NCBI GenBank assembly: GCA_002709695.1
Contig: PAQF01000078.1
Span: forward strand, 48,351 to 112,350
Length of the DNA stretch: 64,000 bases
Direction of reading: 5' to 3'
From: Candidatus Poribacteria bacterium
GTDB taxonomy: Bacteria; Poribacteria; WGA-4E; UBA9662
The notes below the pieces were generated by a model. That model saw only the letters and a list, made by a program, of their open reading frames with translations. It made no database searches and had not been told where the DNA came from. Positions 1-9,613 of this stretch are shown one piece after another. Every line of letters starts with the position of its first letter. Positions within the stretch are counted from its first letter, which is position 1. The position numbers and the translations under genes are program-made.

Positions 1-2103
1 GCCGTCATCAAAAAGTTGTAATAATATATTGAAGACTTCAGCGTGTGCTTTTTCAATCTCGTCTAAAAGTACAACGGCATATGGTTTTCGTCGAATTGCT
101 TCGGTTAACTGTCCACCTTCGTCGTAACCTACGTATCCAGGTGGAGCTCCGATCAACTTTGAAACGGAGTGTTTCTCCATATATTCACTCATATCAATTC
201 TAATCATGGTGTTTTCATCATCAAACAAAAAAGTTGCTAAGGTTTTAGCAAGATGTGTTTTCCCAACACCAGTTGGTCCCATAAAAATGAGGGAACTGAT
301 TGGCCTGTTTTGATCCTGTAAACCAGCACGGGCTCTTCGTATGGCATTGGAGACGGTAGCTATTGCTTCGTTTTGACCAATGACATCTTCTTGGAGACGA
401 ATTTCCATCTGGATCAACTTTTGGATTTCTCCCTCTAACATTCTTGCAACAGGAATACCTGTCCATTTTGACACAACTTCAGCCACATCATTTTGATCAA
501 CTGTTTCCCTTAGGAGTTGACCTAACCCCTGTCTCTTTTCCAAACTTGACTTCGCATTTTCAAGTTGCAATTCCAAACTTGGCAACTCTCCATATAGTAT
601 TCGTGACGCCGAGGTCAGATCACCAGTACGTCTGGATTGCTCTTCTTGGATTTTCAGTGTTTCGATCTGCTCCATAATCTCACGTATACCTTGAAGTGTT
701 TCTTTCTCGTTATGCCACTTGGCTTTCAGTTGGTTGCGCTTTTCTTCGAGATCGGATTGTTCCGAAGTCAGTTGAATGAGTCTATTCTTTAAAGTTTCGT
801 CTTCTTCCTTATCAAGTGCTTGTCGCTCAATCTCAAGCTGAATGATTCTACGATCAACTTCATCAATTTCTTGTGGCACACTGTCAATCTCGATTCTTAA
901 ACGAGATGCTGCTTCATCGATTAGGTCTACTGCTTTATCTGGCAGGAAACGATCCGAGATGTAGCGGTTTGACAACGTAGCTGCTGAAACAACAGCGTTG
1001 TCCTGAATTTGAACACCGTGATGTGTCTCATAACGTTTCTTTAAACCGCGTAAGATCGTAATTGTCTCTTCAACGGACGGTTCGCTAACCATCACTGGCT
1101 GGAAACGTCTCTCCAGAGCTGCGTCTTTCTCCACGTGTTTGCGGTACTCATCAAGTGTGGAGGCACCGATACATCGTAGCTCACCTCTTGCGAGAGCAGG
1201 CTTAAGCATATTCGAGGCATCAATCGCTCCTTCTGCTGCTCCTGCTCCAACAATAGTGTGTAATTCATCAATGAATAGTATGACTCTGCCGTCAGCTTGC
1301 TCTATTTCTGTCAAGACCGCTTTTAACCGGTCTTCAAACTCACCACGATATTTTGCTCCCGCTAGCATTGCACCCAGATCAAGAGCAATTAGCTTCTTGT
1401 CTTTCAAGGTATCTGGAATGTCACCATTGACAATTCTCTGAGCTAGTCCTTCGACAATAGCTGTTTTACCAACGCCCGGTTTGCCGATTAACACCGGGTT
1501 GTTTTTACGTCGACGTGATAATACCTGTAAAATTCGGCGAACTTCATCATCACGGCCAATGATGGGATCAAGTTTTCCCGCTTGAGCAGTTAATGTTAAA
1601 TCTTGGCCAAAGCGTGTGAGGGCTTGATATTTCTCTTCGGCGTTTTGGTCAGTTACTTGTTGTCCTCCGCGGATACTAACAAGTGACTTAAGAATCTGAT
1701 CTTTGTTAACTCCATGGTCTCTAAGGATTTTGGAGGCTTGGCTTGTCTTTTCTTCTGCAATACCAATGAGAAGATGTTCGGTACTCAAGTATTCGTCTCT
1801 GAGGTAAGTTGCCTCTTTTAAGGCTAAGTCAAAAATGCGTTTTAGCGTTTTTGAAGCAACCTTGTCCTGGTTCGCACCCTGTACTTTTGGTGTATGCTCG
1901 AGTGCTTGAGTTAATTTTAGCCTTATTCTTTCGACATCGGCTCCAAGTTTCTGAAGAATTGGTTGGGTTACTCCGTCCTCTTGGGTTACTAATGATTCAA
2001 GTAGATGCTCTGGATTAATTTCTGGGCTTTGCATCTGGACAGCCAGGTCTTGTGCATTTTGTACGATTTTCTGTGCTTTTATTGTAAACTGATCGTATCT
2101 CAT
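1..2103 (-). CDS. clpB: ATP-dependent chaperone ClpB (AAA+ disaggregase); C-terminus runs off the window start
   Basis: Minus-strand translation starts [21 protein letters not shown]... (Clp N-domain). It contains two Walker A sites ([16 protein letters not shown]), a long coiled-coil middle domain and the D2 motif PEFLNR-like ...LLDEIEKAH.... An RBS-like GAAGGTGAAG lies upstream of the ATG at 2103. The +strand ORFs 1139..1441 and 1809..2018 are antisense artefacts inside it. Confidence 0.9.
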   Translation of the reverse strand, partial: MRYDQFTIKAQKIVQNAQDLAVQMQSPEINPEHLLESLVTQEDGVTQPILQKLGADVERIRLKLTQALEHTPKVQGANQDKVASKTLKRIFDLALKEATYLRDEYLSTEHLLIGIAEEKTSQASKILRDHGVNKDQILKSLVSIRGGQQVTDQNAEEKYQALTRFGQDLTLTAQAGKLDPIIGRDDEVRRILQVLSRRRKNNPVLIGKPGVGKTAIVEGLAQRIVNGDIPDTLKDKKLIALDLGAMLAGAKYRGEFEDRLKAVLTEIEQADGRVILFIDELHTIVGAGAAEGAIDASNMLKPALARGELRCIGASTLDEYRKHVEKDAALERRFQPVMVSEPSVEETITILRGLKKRYETHHGVQIQDNAVVSAATLSNRYISDRFLPDKAVDLIDEAASRLRIEIDSVPQEIDEVDRRIIQLEIERQALDKEEDETLKNRLIQLTSEQSDLEEKRNQLKAKWHNEKETLQGIREIMEQIETLKIQEEQSRRTGDLTSASRILYGELPSLELQLENAKSSLEKRQGLGQLLRETVDQNDVAEVVSKWTGIPVARMLEGEIQKLIQMEIRLQEDVIGQNEAIATVSNAIRRARAGLQDQNRPISSLIFMGPTGVGKTHLAKTLATFLFDDENTMIRIDMSEYMEKHSVSKLIGAPPGYVGYDEGGQLTEAIRRKPYAVVLLDEIEKAHAEVFNILLQLFDDG

Positions 2104-2454
2104 GATAGATACTTCACCTTCACTGTTATATTTTCAGTTTTGAAATAGCAAGTTCAATACCAATTTCTGAGAGCTGTTGATTTTAGCCAATTATAATCAG
2201 TTTAGGGAAACCCTAGTTTTACGCTAAGCCAATGGTTTGAATTCAGATATCTTGAAAAACGTTGATTTCATGACAAAAGTTATAGGTTTTTGTCAAATTG
2301 GCACGATTTAGGTGGAGATTGTGCTAATATTGACATTGAAGTAATTTGGTTTAATTTTAAGAGTGCGTTATCCCTATTGATTTTATCATCCTCTTGGTTT
2401 TCAGTTGAATGGTGTATATAATTGTGGTAGAATCCCCCGGATTTTGGGACTGGA

Positions 2455-3324
2455 TTGAACAGTATGGGCTTCATTAAGAGACTTTTTTATAAAACTGTTG
2501 AAACAGCAGCTTTAGAAAAAAAAGTGGATCAGAATGCGGATAAAGAATCAAATCCTTTCTTGGCAGATTTTCCTGAAGATACCAGTGAGAGGCAGAATGA
2601 ATCGGATTCTCTTCTGCAGGGTTCCACTGAAATTATACATGCCGATGAGCCAAATCCTGTTCTAGAAGAGTTCAGCGAAACAAGTCAAAGTTCCTCCTCT
2701 TTGGAAGGGGCAAATGAGCTTATTAGTGCAAACAATCTAAGTTTTGTTGACGGTATTGTTTCTGAGACATCTTTCGATCTTCCTATGGGTGAGTTTGATG
2801 ATGATGAAAATAGAATAGATATTGATAAAGTTTTGACAGCTGGTGGAATTGATCGTAATTGGCAGCTAGATAGTGGTGAGTACTCGGCTGAAAAAGTTAT
2901 GCAACTGATTGAAGAAGGTGTTCCGAAAGAAAGCCTCCCACCTGTTATCAAGGTTTCCGGAAAAAATGTTGAGGATATTGTTCAGGATGCTCTGCAAAAA
3001 CAGGGAATTTGTGAAGAGTTTGAAGAGAACTATAAGCAAGAACACCATATCCAACTTGAACAAACTGAAGCTGATATTGAACAGGTTGAGCTGGAAACCA
3101 ATCAAGAGATAGATCAGCTGAAGACAGAAATGGAAATGAGAGTTCAGGATCTTGAAGAAAATCGGCAGAATAGTTTAAATGAACTTTGTGCGAAGAAGCA
3201 GGCTTTAATTCATAAATTCAATCAAGATATCGTTGTTCTAGATAACTACGAGTCTAAGTGTGCAGAAGTGGTAGAATTTCTCAGGCACCCCGAAACGAAT
3301 GAATCAGAGCAATCGATTATTTAG
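2455..3324 (+). CDS. Hypothetical highly acidic coiled-coil protein. The N-terminus (MNSMGFIKRLF...) resembles the N-terminal amphipathic helix of the downstream PspA-like protein. The true start is possibly the ATG at 2464.
   Basis: 289-aa ORF, Asp/Glu-rich, with a predicted coiled coil in the C-terminal half (QLEQTEADIEQVELETNQEIDQLKTEMEMRVQDLEE). No recognisable enzymatic motif. Same strand as, and 33 nt upstream of, the PspA-like gene. Confidence 0.45.
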   Translation: MNSMGFIKRLFYKTVETAALEKKVDQNADKESNPFLADFPEDTSERQNESDSLLQGSTEIIHADEPNPVLEEFSETSQSSSSLEGANELISANNLSFVDGIVSETSFDLPMGEFDDDENRIDIDKVLTAGGIDRNWQLDSGEYSAEKVMQLIEEGVPKESLPPVIKVSGKNVEDIVQDALQKQGICEEFEENYKQEHHIQLEQTEADIEQVELETNQEIDQLKTEMEMRVQDLEENRQNSLNELCAKKQALIHKFNQDIVVLDNYESKCAEVVEFLRHPETNESEQSII

Positions 3325-3357
3325 CTTATTTCACAATATATCTGAGGAGGCAGGAAA

Positions 3358-4122
3358 ATGGGTTTTTTTTCATCAGTCCTTATTCGACTCAAGGGGTTTT
3401 TCCTTCAGGCAGGAGACGACATTGTTTCAGGAAGCACATCAAGTATTAAGGCTACTTATAGAACAATAGAAGAGCAAGAAATTAAACGTTATAATCAAAT
3501 GCTTGATGCTGTTTCTTCTCTTGCAAGACAAAGGTCACAAACAGAACAAGAAATCCAGAAAGATGAAGAGCAACTTAGCGAATTAGCACAGGAAATGGAA
3601 GGCGCGTTAGCTATTGCTGAGCGCGAACCTGAAAATCAGCAAGTACACGAGCAGGCCTACAACCGCGCTTTTACGAAAAAGGAAGAATTAGAAGCCCGTT
3701 TGGAACAACGCCGGAGTAAATTTGAGGAACTAGACCAAAAGGTTGAGAATTACAAAATCGAACTATCCAATTTTCAGGAACGAGTTCAGTCATTGAAACA
3801 AGAAGGTGATGAAGCTGTTGCTGATCTGATCAGTAGTGAGTCAATTGTTCGCATTGAACAAAGATTACAGGGGCTTTCAACAGAAGGTGCGGATCAGGCA
3901 TTAGACGCCGTTCGCCGTAAAGTCCAAGATACAAAGGCTAAAGCCCAAATCGCTTCTGAGATTGGGGGTACCGATGTTTCTCGCCAACGCGAACGCTATC
4001 GAACCGCAGCCAAGCAGAGTAGTGGAGCTAGTGAATTCTCAGAGAGATTGAAGCAAAGGCAGCAAGCAAAAACAGCGCAATCCCAAGCCGAAACAGCAGA
4101 GGAAAGAAAGTTAGGAGAATAG
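3358..4122 (+). CDS. PspA/IM30 (Vipp1)-like coiled-coil membrane-stress protein
   Basis: 254 aa with strong RBS GAGGAGG. The N-terminal amphipathic MGFFSSVLIRLKGFF is followed by a continuous Glu/Gln/Arg/Lys-rich coiled coil (LSELAQEMEGALAIAEREPENQQVHEQAYNRAFTKKEELEARLEQRR...). Length and layout match the PspA/ESCRT-III superfamily, but the family assignment rests on overall pattern, not an alignment. Confidence 0.5.
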   Translation: MGFFSSVLIRLKGFFLQAGDDIVSGSTSSIKATYRTIEEQEIKRYNQMLDAVSSLARQRSQTEQEIQKDEEQLSELAQEMEGALAIAEREPENQQVHEQAYNRAFTKKEELEARLEQRRSKFEELDQKVENYKIELSNFQERVQSLKQEGDEAVADLISSESIVRIEQRLQGLSTEGADQALDAVRRKVQDTKAKAQIASEIGGTDVSRQRERYRTAAKQSSGASEFSERLKQRQQAKTAQSQAETAEERKLGE

Positions 4123-4140
4123 GACAGGAGGAATACAGTA

Positions 4141-5703
4141 ATGGCAGAACAAAAATTGGCGCTTGGCCGAATCTTTATGGTGCTTGTTATTCTCATAGCT
4201 GTTATCGGTGGTCTTGCTTACAAATATGTGATTCCCGAACTTCAAGAGAACCAACAAGCGAAAAAATATGATCAAGCTAGTAGTGGTGGACGTTTTGAGA
4301 CAAATGTCACTGTTGCTGGTGATCCGTGGTCTGGTTATAGTCTTTTTCGTTCTGATCGATTCCGTACGGTTCTTTCCCAACTACAGATTGGTTATCGTTA
4401 TGATACTCAGGAAGATCTAGAGAAACGTTTTCAAGGGTTAGCAGATGGTAAATACGATTTTGTGGTTGCTACCATTGACGGTTATACGCTTAACGCCATC
4501 AATCTTAATTATCCAGGTGTTATTATCTTTTTAGTGGATGAATCCAATGGAGGAGATTCGATTGTTGCCAGTGCAAAAATACAAGCTCTCGATGATTTAG
4601 AAAATGCGAGGGTTTCCTACTCGGCTGGTTTTCCCAGTGAACATCTACTAGATGTTACGCTGACTCATTTTGATATTCTGGGTGTTAGACGTGAACCAGT
4701 GAATGAAGGACTTTCAGAGAAGTCGTATCAAATGTTACAACAGGGACGAGTAGAGGCCGCGGTTGTCTGGGAACCTGAAACATCGCGTGCTATTCAAGAT
4801 GGCTATACTCTACTGACTAGCACCAAGGACAGTGATGATATTATCATTGATGTTTGTATCGCTTCGCGCCAAATTGTCATGGAAAACCCTGAAGTGGTAC
4901 ACAAGGTAACTCGCGCCTATTTTAGGACACTTGATTATTACCAAAAACGAGAATCTGAGTTTGTCCAATATCTGGCTCGAGATGGAGGGGTTAACCAATC
5001 AGTAGCACAGAATATCATGAATGGTATAGACTTTGTCGATCTCAGAGAGAATCACCATCTCTGGTTTGGCATAGGTCAGAATGCCACTGACAAAATTGCA
5101 AAAGTTATTGAAGATACAATTAGTGTCCAACAATTTCATGATAAATTGATGACGGATCCATTTGCTAATAAGCCGGGAAGGGCATATTGGATAGTGAATA
5201 AGGATTTTCTCAGTCAATTGACACCAAATGCTGCTCCTCAAATAAAAGGTATGCCAGAAAAAAAGGTGGCTCCAACCCCAGTTGAGACTAAACGGAAATT
5301 TGCTAGGATGAAAGCCGAGGAGATTGAGAGTAAAACTCGGCGCATCGGTGAAATGAGAGTTGATCCTATCTACTTTGGTAGTGGGTCAGCGAAGTTAAGT
5401 CGTCAGTCGAGATTAGTTGTTGATAAGTTTGCCGAGACCCTTTTGCACTATCCAAATTACCGTTTGGTTTTGCATGGTTATTCATCTCCTACCGGTTCAT
5501 CTCAGATTAACATGGATCTGTCTAGAAAACGTGCTGGATCGATTGCTCGGTATTTGGTTCAAGAACATAGTGTTCAAGGTAGTCGGATTAATACTGTTGC
5601 TCATGGTGATAGGGAACCTCTTGAACGTAATCAAAATGAGACTTATGCTGATTGGTTGGAACGAAATCAACGGACTGAGTTTGTTTTGGTCAAAGATAGA
5701 TAG
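4141..5703 (+). CDS. Membrane-anchored periplasmic substrate-binding-like domain (NMT1/SsuA/TauA/PhnD-like) fused to a C-terminal OmpA/MotB-like peptidoglycan-binding domain
   Basis: N-terminal TM helix (IFMVLVILIAVIGGLAYKYV). The central region (DFVVATIDGYTLNAINLNYPGVIIFLVDESNGGDSIVAS...) resembles a periplasmic binding protein. The C-terminus RVDPIYFGSGSAKLS...YRLVLHGYSSPTGS...NMDLSRKRAGSIARYL...NRRTEFVLV is typical OmpA_C-like. RBS GGAGG. Confidence 0.6.
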   Translation: MAEQKLALGRIFMVLVILIAVIGGLAYKYVIPELQENQQAKKYDQASSGGRFETNVTVAGDPWSGYSLFRSDRFRTVLSQLQIGYRYDTQEDLEKRFQGLADGKYDFVVATIDGYTLNAINLNYPGVIIFLVDESNGGDSIVASAKIQALDDLENARVSYSAGFPSEHLLDVTLTHFDILGVRREPVNEGLSEKSYQMLQQGRVEAAVVWEPETSRAIQDGYTLLTSTKDSDDIIIDVCIASRQIVMENPEVVHKVTRAYFRTLDYYQKRESEFVQYLARDGGVNQSVAQNIMNGIDFVDLRENHHLWFGIGQNATDKIAKVIEDTISVQQFHDKLMTDPFANKPGRAYWIVNKDFLSQLTPNAAPQIKGMPEKKVAPTPVETKRKFARMKAEEIESKTRRIGEMRVDPIYFGSGSAKLSRQSRLVVDKFAETLLHYPNYRLVLHGYSSPTGSSQINMDLSRKRAGSIARYLVQEHSVQGSRINTVAHGDREPLERNQNETYADWLERNQRTEFVLVKDR

Positions 5704-5722
5704 AGTGTAAAGGAGGAAAAAA

Positions 5723-6715
5723 TTGAGACATAAATTACAAATGTATTTATCGTATCTTCTTGTTTACTGTTTCCTCGTGTTTGTTTGTAATCGAGTTATA
5801 TGCGCGGAGCCAGTTAAGGTTGGTGTTTCTATCTGGACAGGTTGGATGCCAATTTATTTAATGGAGGAGAAAGGATTCCTTAAAAAACGGTCGCAGGAAT
5901 ATGGGGTTGAGATTGAACTCAAGAAGTTTAAGGATTATCTTGCCTCTGTGCAGGCATTTACCGCTGGAGAATTGGATGCCTGCGCAATGACAATTATGGA
6001 TGCACTTCCACCCGCTGATGCAGGCATTGATGTTGCCGCTGTGCTTGTCAATGATTTCAGTAAAGGTGGAGATGGAATTCTAGTTCAATATGGTATTGAT
6101 GGTTCAAACTTTAAAGGGGTAGAGATACTACTTGAAGAATACTCAGTTTCACATTATTTACTTCTTCGTTATTTAGAGACAATTGGATTAACAGAAAAGG
6201 ATATCAAGGTGAAAAACACACCTGGTGATGATGCAGGTCGTGCTTTTCTATCAGGAAATGCTGAAGCGGTTGCTACGTGGAACCCACATCTTTTTTTGGC
6301 TGAGGATGCAGGACGTGGCTATGTTTTGTTCAATAGCAAGAAAATCCCCGGTGAAATCATCGACTTGGTAGTATTTAACAACAAACGTTTAAAGCAAAAC
6401 CCCAAAGCTGCTCAAGCTTTTGTCTCCGCTTGGTATGATGCCATGGACATGATTAAGGATTCTGAGACACGACAGGAAGCCATCAGTATTATGTCGGAGC
6501 TGGCTGGGACGAAACCTGCAGAATTCAGCAAAATGCTTGAAGGGACAGATTTGTTTTTTGATCCCCAACGTGCCGCCGCTTTCCTAAACAGTGAAGAAAT
6601 TCGAAAAACAGAGAAAAAAGTGGTCAAATTCGCGCAAAACCATGGACTTATCAACGATGAGGTTAAGCTCAGGTACGATGCAACGGTTATTCGAACTGTT
6701 CGTCTGGCCAAATGA
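5723..6715 (+). CDS. ABC transporter substrate-binding protein, NitT/TauT (nitrate/sulfonate/bicarbonate) family
   Basis: Probable TTG start 6 nt after AGGAGG (an alternative ATG is at 5741). Signal peptide/TM (LSYLLVYCFLVFVCNRVICA), followed by a binding-protein-like fold and SsuA/TauA-like length. It immediately precedes a cognate permease and ATPase. Confidence 0.65.
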   Translation: MRHKLQMYLSYLLVYCFLVFVCNRVICAEPVKVGVSIWTGWMPIYLMEEKGFLKKRSQEYGVEIELKKFKDYLASVQAFTAGELDACAMTIMDALPPADAGIDVAAVLVNDFSKGGDGILVQYGIDGSNFKGVEILLEEYSVSHYLLLRYLETIGLTEKDIKVKNTPGDDAGRAFLSGNAEAVATWNPHLFLAEDAGRGYVLFNSKKIPGEIIDLVVFNNKRLKQNPKAAQAFVSAWYDAMDMIKDSETRQEAISIMSELAGTKPAEFSKMLEGTDLFFDPQRAAAFLNSEEIRKTEKKVVKFAQNHGLINDEVKLRYDATVIRTVRLAK

Positions 6716-7533
6716 GCACTCGAAAATTATACCAGGTTGGCGCAGAAATTGATTCACGATTGTCATCAATTTTAGTGCTTTTGCCTATTGTTTTTGTTAT
6801 ATCGTTGTATTTCTATGGATCACATAAGCGGCATCAGGAAAACCCAAAAGATCGGATGATGCCGAATTTGGAGCAGATTCAATCGGGAATTGTCAAAACA
6901 GTTGAAGTTAACCGGAGGACCGGAGATCGGTGGCTCTGGAAGGATCTCAAATATAGTCTTCGGTTGATGGTTGTAAGTGTAACGATTACTGTTGGGTCTG
7001 CTGTGCTCGTTGGGTTGCATATGGCCTGTTTCTCAGCTATTGAAGCGTTGCATATGAAGTTTGTGCGCTTTGTCAGTTTCATCCCACCTCTAGCTCTGTT
7101 GCCCTTGATATTTATTTTTGTTGGCACCGACACACCAGCAAAAGTATTGCTCATCTTTTTAGGGACATATTTTATATTAGTAATGGATGTTTTTCTCGCT
7201 TGCAGGGATGTTCCGAAGAAGCTAATACAGAAAGCTTACACCATGGGGGCATCAACTGTAGAGGTTGTCTTCAAAGTCGTGTTAATGTACGCTTGGCCTA
7301 GAATCCTGAATAGTATTCGTTTTACACTTCGGCAGGCTTGGATATTTTTAATTGCTGCTGAGATGATTGCTTCTGAAGCTGGGTTAGGTTATCGTATTAT
7401 ATTGGTTCAGAGGCAGATCGGTGTCAATATCATTTTATGGTACATTTTTATTATTGGCACTATTGGTTTCATCTGTGATTTTATACTATTACAGGTTATT
7501 CAGAGGTATTATGCTTGGAGTTTGGAGAGATAG
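6712..7533 (+). CDS. ABC transporter permease, NitT/TauT family (SsuC/TauC-like)
   Basis: Multi-TM protein carrying an EAA-loop-like motif (ASEAGLGYRIILVQRQ). Overlaps the upstream SBP gene by 4 nt (ATGA). Confidence 0.8.
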   Translation: MSTRKLYQVGAEIDSRLSSILVLLPIVFVISLYFYGSHKRHQENPKDRMMPNLEQIQSGIVKTVEVNRRTGDRWLWKDLKYSLRLMVVSVTITVGSAVLVGLHMACFSAIEALHMKFVRFVSFIPPLALLPLIFIFVGTDTPAKVLLIFLGTYFILVMDVFLACRDVPKKLIQKAYTMGASTVEVVFKVVLMYAWPRILNSIRFTLRQAWIFLIAAEMIASEAGLGYRIILVQRQIGVNIILWYIFIIGTIGFICDFILLQVIQRYYAWSLER

Positions 7534-7537
7534 CATT

Positions 7538-8422
7538 ATGTCTGAATCCTTGTTGGCATTAGAGATCAAAGATCTGACACTTGTTTTTAAGGATCGGAAA
7601 GCGACAAAGGTTGTTCTGAGTGATGTTAATTTACAGGTCAAGCAAGGCGAATTTGTTGCTATTGTGGGGCCTAGCGGTTGTGGCAAATCGTCTTTATTGA
7701 ACTTGATTGCAGGATTCATTCAACCTACTTCAGGCCAAATTTTGGTCGATGGGGAGCCCATTGAGGGGCCTAATCGGAATATAGGAGTTGTGTTTCAGGA
7801 TTATACACTTTTTCCTTGGTTGACAGTTGTTGACAATGTAGCGTACGGTATGGAATTAGCAGAAATCGATTTTCTTATGAAATGGATTCGTCCCTTTCGT
7901 TTTCGGCAGTTGCACCGTGCTTTCAGAGAAAAAGCAGGCTTTTATCTTGAAGAGATGGGTTTGAAGGAAGCCCAACATAAGAAGCCCTACCAATTGTCAG
8001 GTGGAATGAAGCAAAGAGTAGCCATCGCCCAGGAGGTTATTCGAAAACCGTCGATTTTGCTTATGGATGAACCCTTTGGCGCCCTCGACCCACAGACACG
8101 AGAGGTTCTTCAGGTATTAATCCTAAAAATTCATGAACAGGAACGGAATACCATCTTTTTCGTAACGCACGATTTGGAAGAAGCCGTTTACGTTGCTGAA
8201 CGCGTTATTGTTCTCTCACAATATAAGCCAAATGGTAACAGTGAGGGTGCCACAATTGTCAAAGATGTCTGCGCCCCAGTATTTAAATCTACCGAGGTAA
8301 AACGAACAGATGACTTTGGGGGGCTAATCCAAGATATTCGAAGGTCAGGATTTGCACCGGATCAGAGGGATATTGTAAAAGCATTTGATCAGAGCTATCA
8401 AGACAAAGCAGATAGTCGGTAG
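7538..8422 (+). CDS. ABC transporter ATP-binding protein (SsuB/TauB-like)
   Basis: Walker A GPSGCGKSS, Q-loop, signature LSGGMKQRVAIAQ, Walker B LLMDEPFGALD. The listed ORF start at 7421 overlaps the permease. The ATG at 7538 (MSESLL...), 4 nt after the permease stop, is the likely start. Confidence 0.85.
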   Translation: MSESLLALEIKDLTLVFKDRKATKVVLSDVNLQVKQGEFVAIVGPSGCGKSSLLNLIAGFIQPTSGQILVDGEPIEGPNRNIGVVFQDYTLFPWLTVVDNVAYGMELAEIDFLMKWIRPFRFRQLHRAFREKAGFYLEEMGLKEAQHKKPYQLSGGMKQRVAIAQEVIRKPSILLMDEPFGALDPQTREVLQVLILKIHEQERNTIFFVTHDLEEAVYVAERVIVLSQYKPNGNSEGATIVKDVCAPVFKSTEVKRTDDFGGLIQDIRRSGFAPDQRDIVKAFDQSYQDKADSR

Positions 8423-8561
8423 ATTGTAACTGTTTTTACCTCTGATATTTCCCCAAATCCTATCTGAAACTCGAATTTGTAAGATACTCCGACGTCTTTC
8501 GCAATTTTATGCTGGTGGGATACTGTTTCAAGATCGGTGAGTTATAATTTAGATAACGACA

Positions 8562-9398
8562 ATGACCATGCAACAAGAGAATGATCTTTCGTACCAGAAA
8601 TTAACTTGGAATTTATTTAAAGAGTGCCTTTTTCAGCCTCTATTCTATGGTCCGTTGGCAACTGGGATTTTTTTAGCATTTATTGATAAGCCTGTTCTTT
8701 CACTAGGAGCATTTGTAGCTAGTGCTATATCGTTCTCGTACTATTTTCTTCTGGGCAAGGCACCGCGTAGGCGTATCCAACAGCAAATTGAGGAGCAGAT
8801 TCAACATAACAATGAGGAGAAAATTCGCTTAGATCAGGAGAGCCGATCGGAACTTCATCAGGAACTTGATGAGCGTGGTAGATCCCATTTCGAAAATTTG
8901 ATCAAATTGGAACAAATGCTTGATGAAAAACTAATGAATTTAGGCAATCAGTTAGTGGTCAGTCAGTTGGTAAAGATGTCTAAAGAGGTTACTTTGGAAT
9001 CCATCAAATCTTTGAGAAACCGGGTGATTTACACATCATTGTTAGAACAGTTCGATGTCCAAAAATTGCAGCGGGATCTGAGTGAGACAAAAAAAAAGTA
9101 TGAGGGTGAACGTGATGTCAACCTCAAGAGAGAATTTCGTGAAACAATACAGGCACTAACTAATGAGCTTAACCAACTTAAGAAGTTAGAGACTACGGTT
9201 GAGCAACTAGAACAGGACATCATTACTGCGCAATCTTCGCTTCGAGGTTCCATTCTTCTCGTATCGCAACCAAAGTCAGCTGACCATACATCACGTTTAG
9301 AGCAACAAGTTGCCAAACTACGAGACGAAGTCGAAGTGGCTAGAAAGGTTAATCAAGAATTGGCGCGTTTTGGTATTGATCCTTCGATGAAGGCTTAG
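8562..9398 (+). CDS. Hypothetical membrane protein: two N-terminal TM helices followed by a long coiled coil
   Basis: 278 aa. Hydrophobic segments PLATGIFLAFIDKPVLSLGAFVASAISFSYYFLLG, then heptad-like charged repeats to the C-terminus. No catalytic motif. Confidence 0.5.
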   Translation: MTMQQENDLSYQKLTWNLFKECLFQPLFYGPLATGIFLAFIDKPVLSLGAFVASAISFSYYFLLGKAPRRRIQQQIEEQIQHNNEEKIRLDQESRSELHQELDERGRSHFENLIKLEQMLDEKLMNLGNQLVVSQLVKMSKEVTLESIKSLRNRVIYTSLLEQFDVQKLQRDLSETKKKYEGERDVNLKREFRETIQALTNELNQLKKLETTVEQLEQDIITAQSSLRGSILLVSQPKSADHTSRLEQQVAKLRDEVEVARKVNQELARFGIDPSMKA

Positions 9399-9613
9399 TG
9401 GGATATAGAGTTTTTTTATTTAACGAATCGTTTCAATTTATTAACTTAAGCATTTTTCAGTCCACCTCAGTTAGGACCTTTTGACTTAAAAGCTCTGTCT
9501 AACCCCTTGTAGGCTAAGTAATTGCATAATCTTCGTACAGATGCCATAATATATAATTCTCTCTTTGGAAGGTTAACTTTCTTTAATTTTCAGGACAGAG
9601 CAGGCTGAAAAAA

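Noticed and set aside
1139-2018. +strand ORFs 1139..1441 and 1809..2018 inside the clpB region
   Set aside because: They lie entirely antisense to a full-length, motif-rich ClpB reading frame. They have low-complexity Ser/Ala/Pro-rich translations and no RBS, so they are shadow ORFs.
2104-2454. Possible CIRCE/HrcA heat-shock operator upstream of clpB (GTGCTAA ... GAGTGCG)
   Set aside because: The two half-sites are not arranged as the TTAGCACTC-N9-GAGTGCTAA inverted repeat. Spacing and orientation are wrong, and there is no convincing match.
3363-3370. Homopolymer runs of A/T (T8 at 3363..3370, A9 at 12612..12620, T9 at 20388..20396 and 20570..20578) as phase-variation candidates
   Set aside because: In an AT-rich genome, 8-9 nt A/T runs encoding Phe or Lys stretches are common and sit in hydrophobic or basic segments. 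Only the G9 tract at 15703..15711 stands out compositionally.
5417-5710. 97-aa +strand ORF overlapping the 3' end of the 4141..5703 gene
   Set aside because: Alternate-frame overlap with the well-supported OmpA-like C-terminal domain. Hydrophobic low-complexity translation, hence spurious.
7421-7537. Listed 5' extension of the ABC ATPase ORF (start 7421)
   Set aside because: It overlaps the last 113 nt of the permease gene in another frame. The ATG at 7538, 4 nt after the permease stop, gives a canonical N-terminus (MSESLLALEIKDL...).
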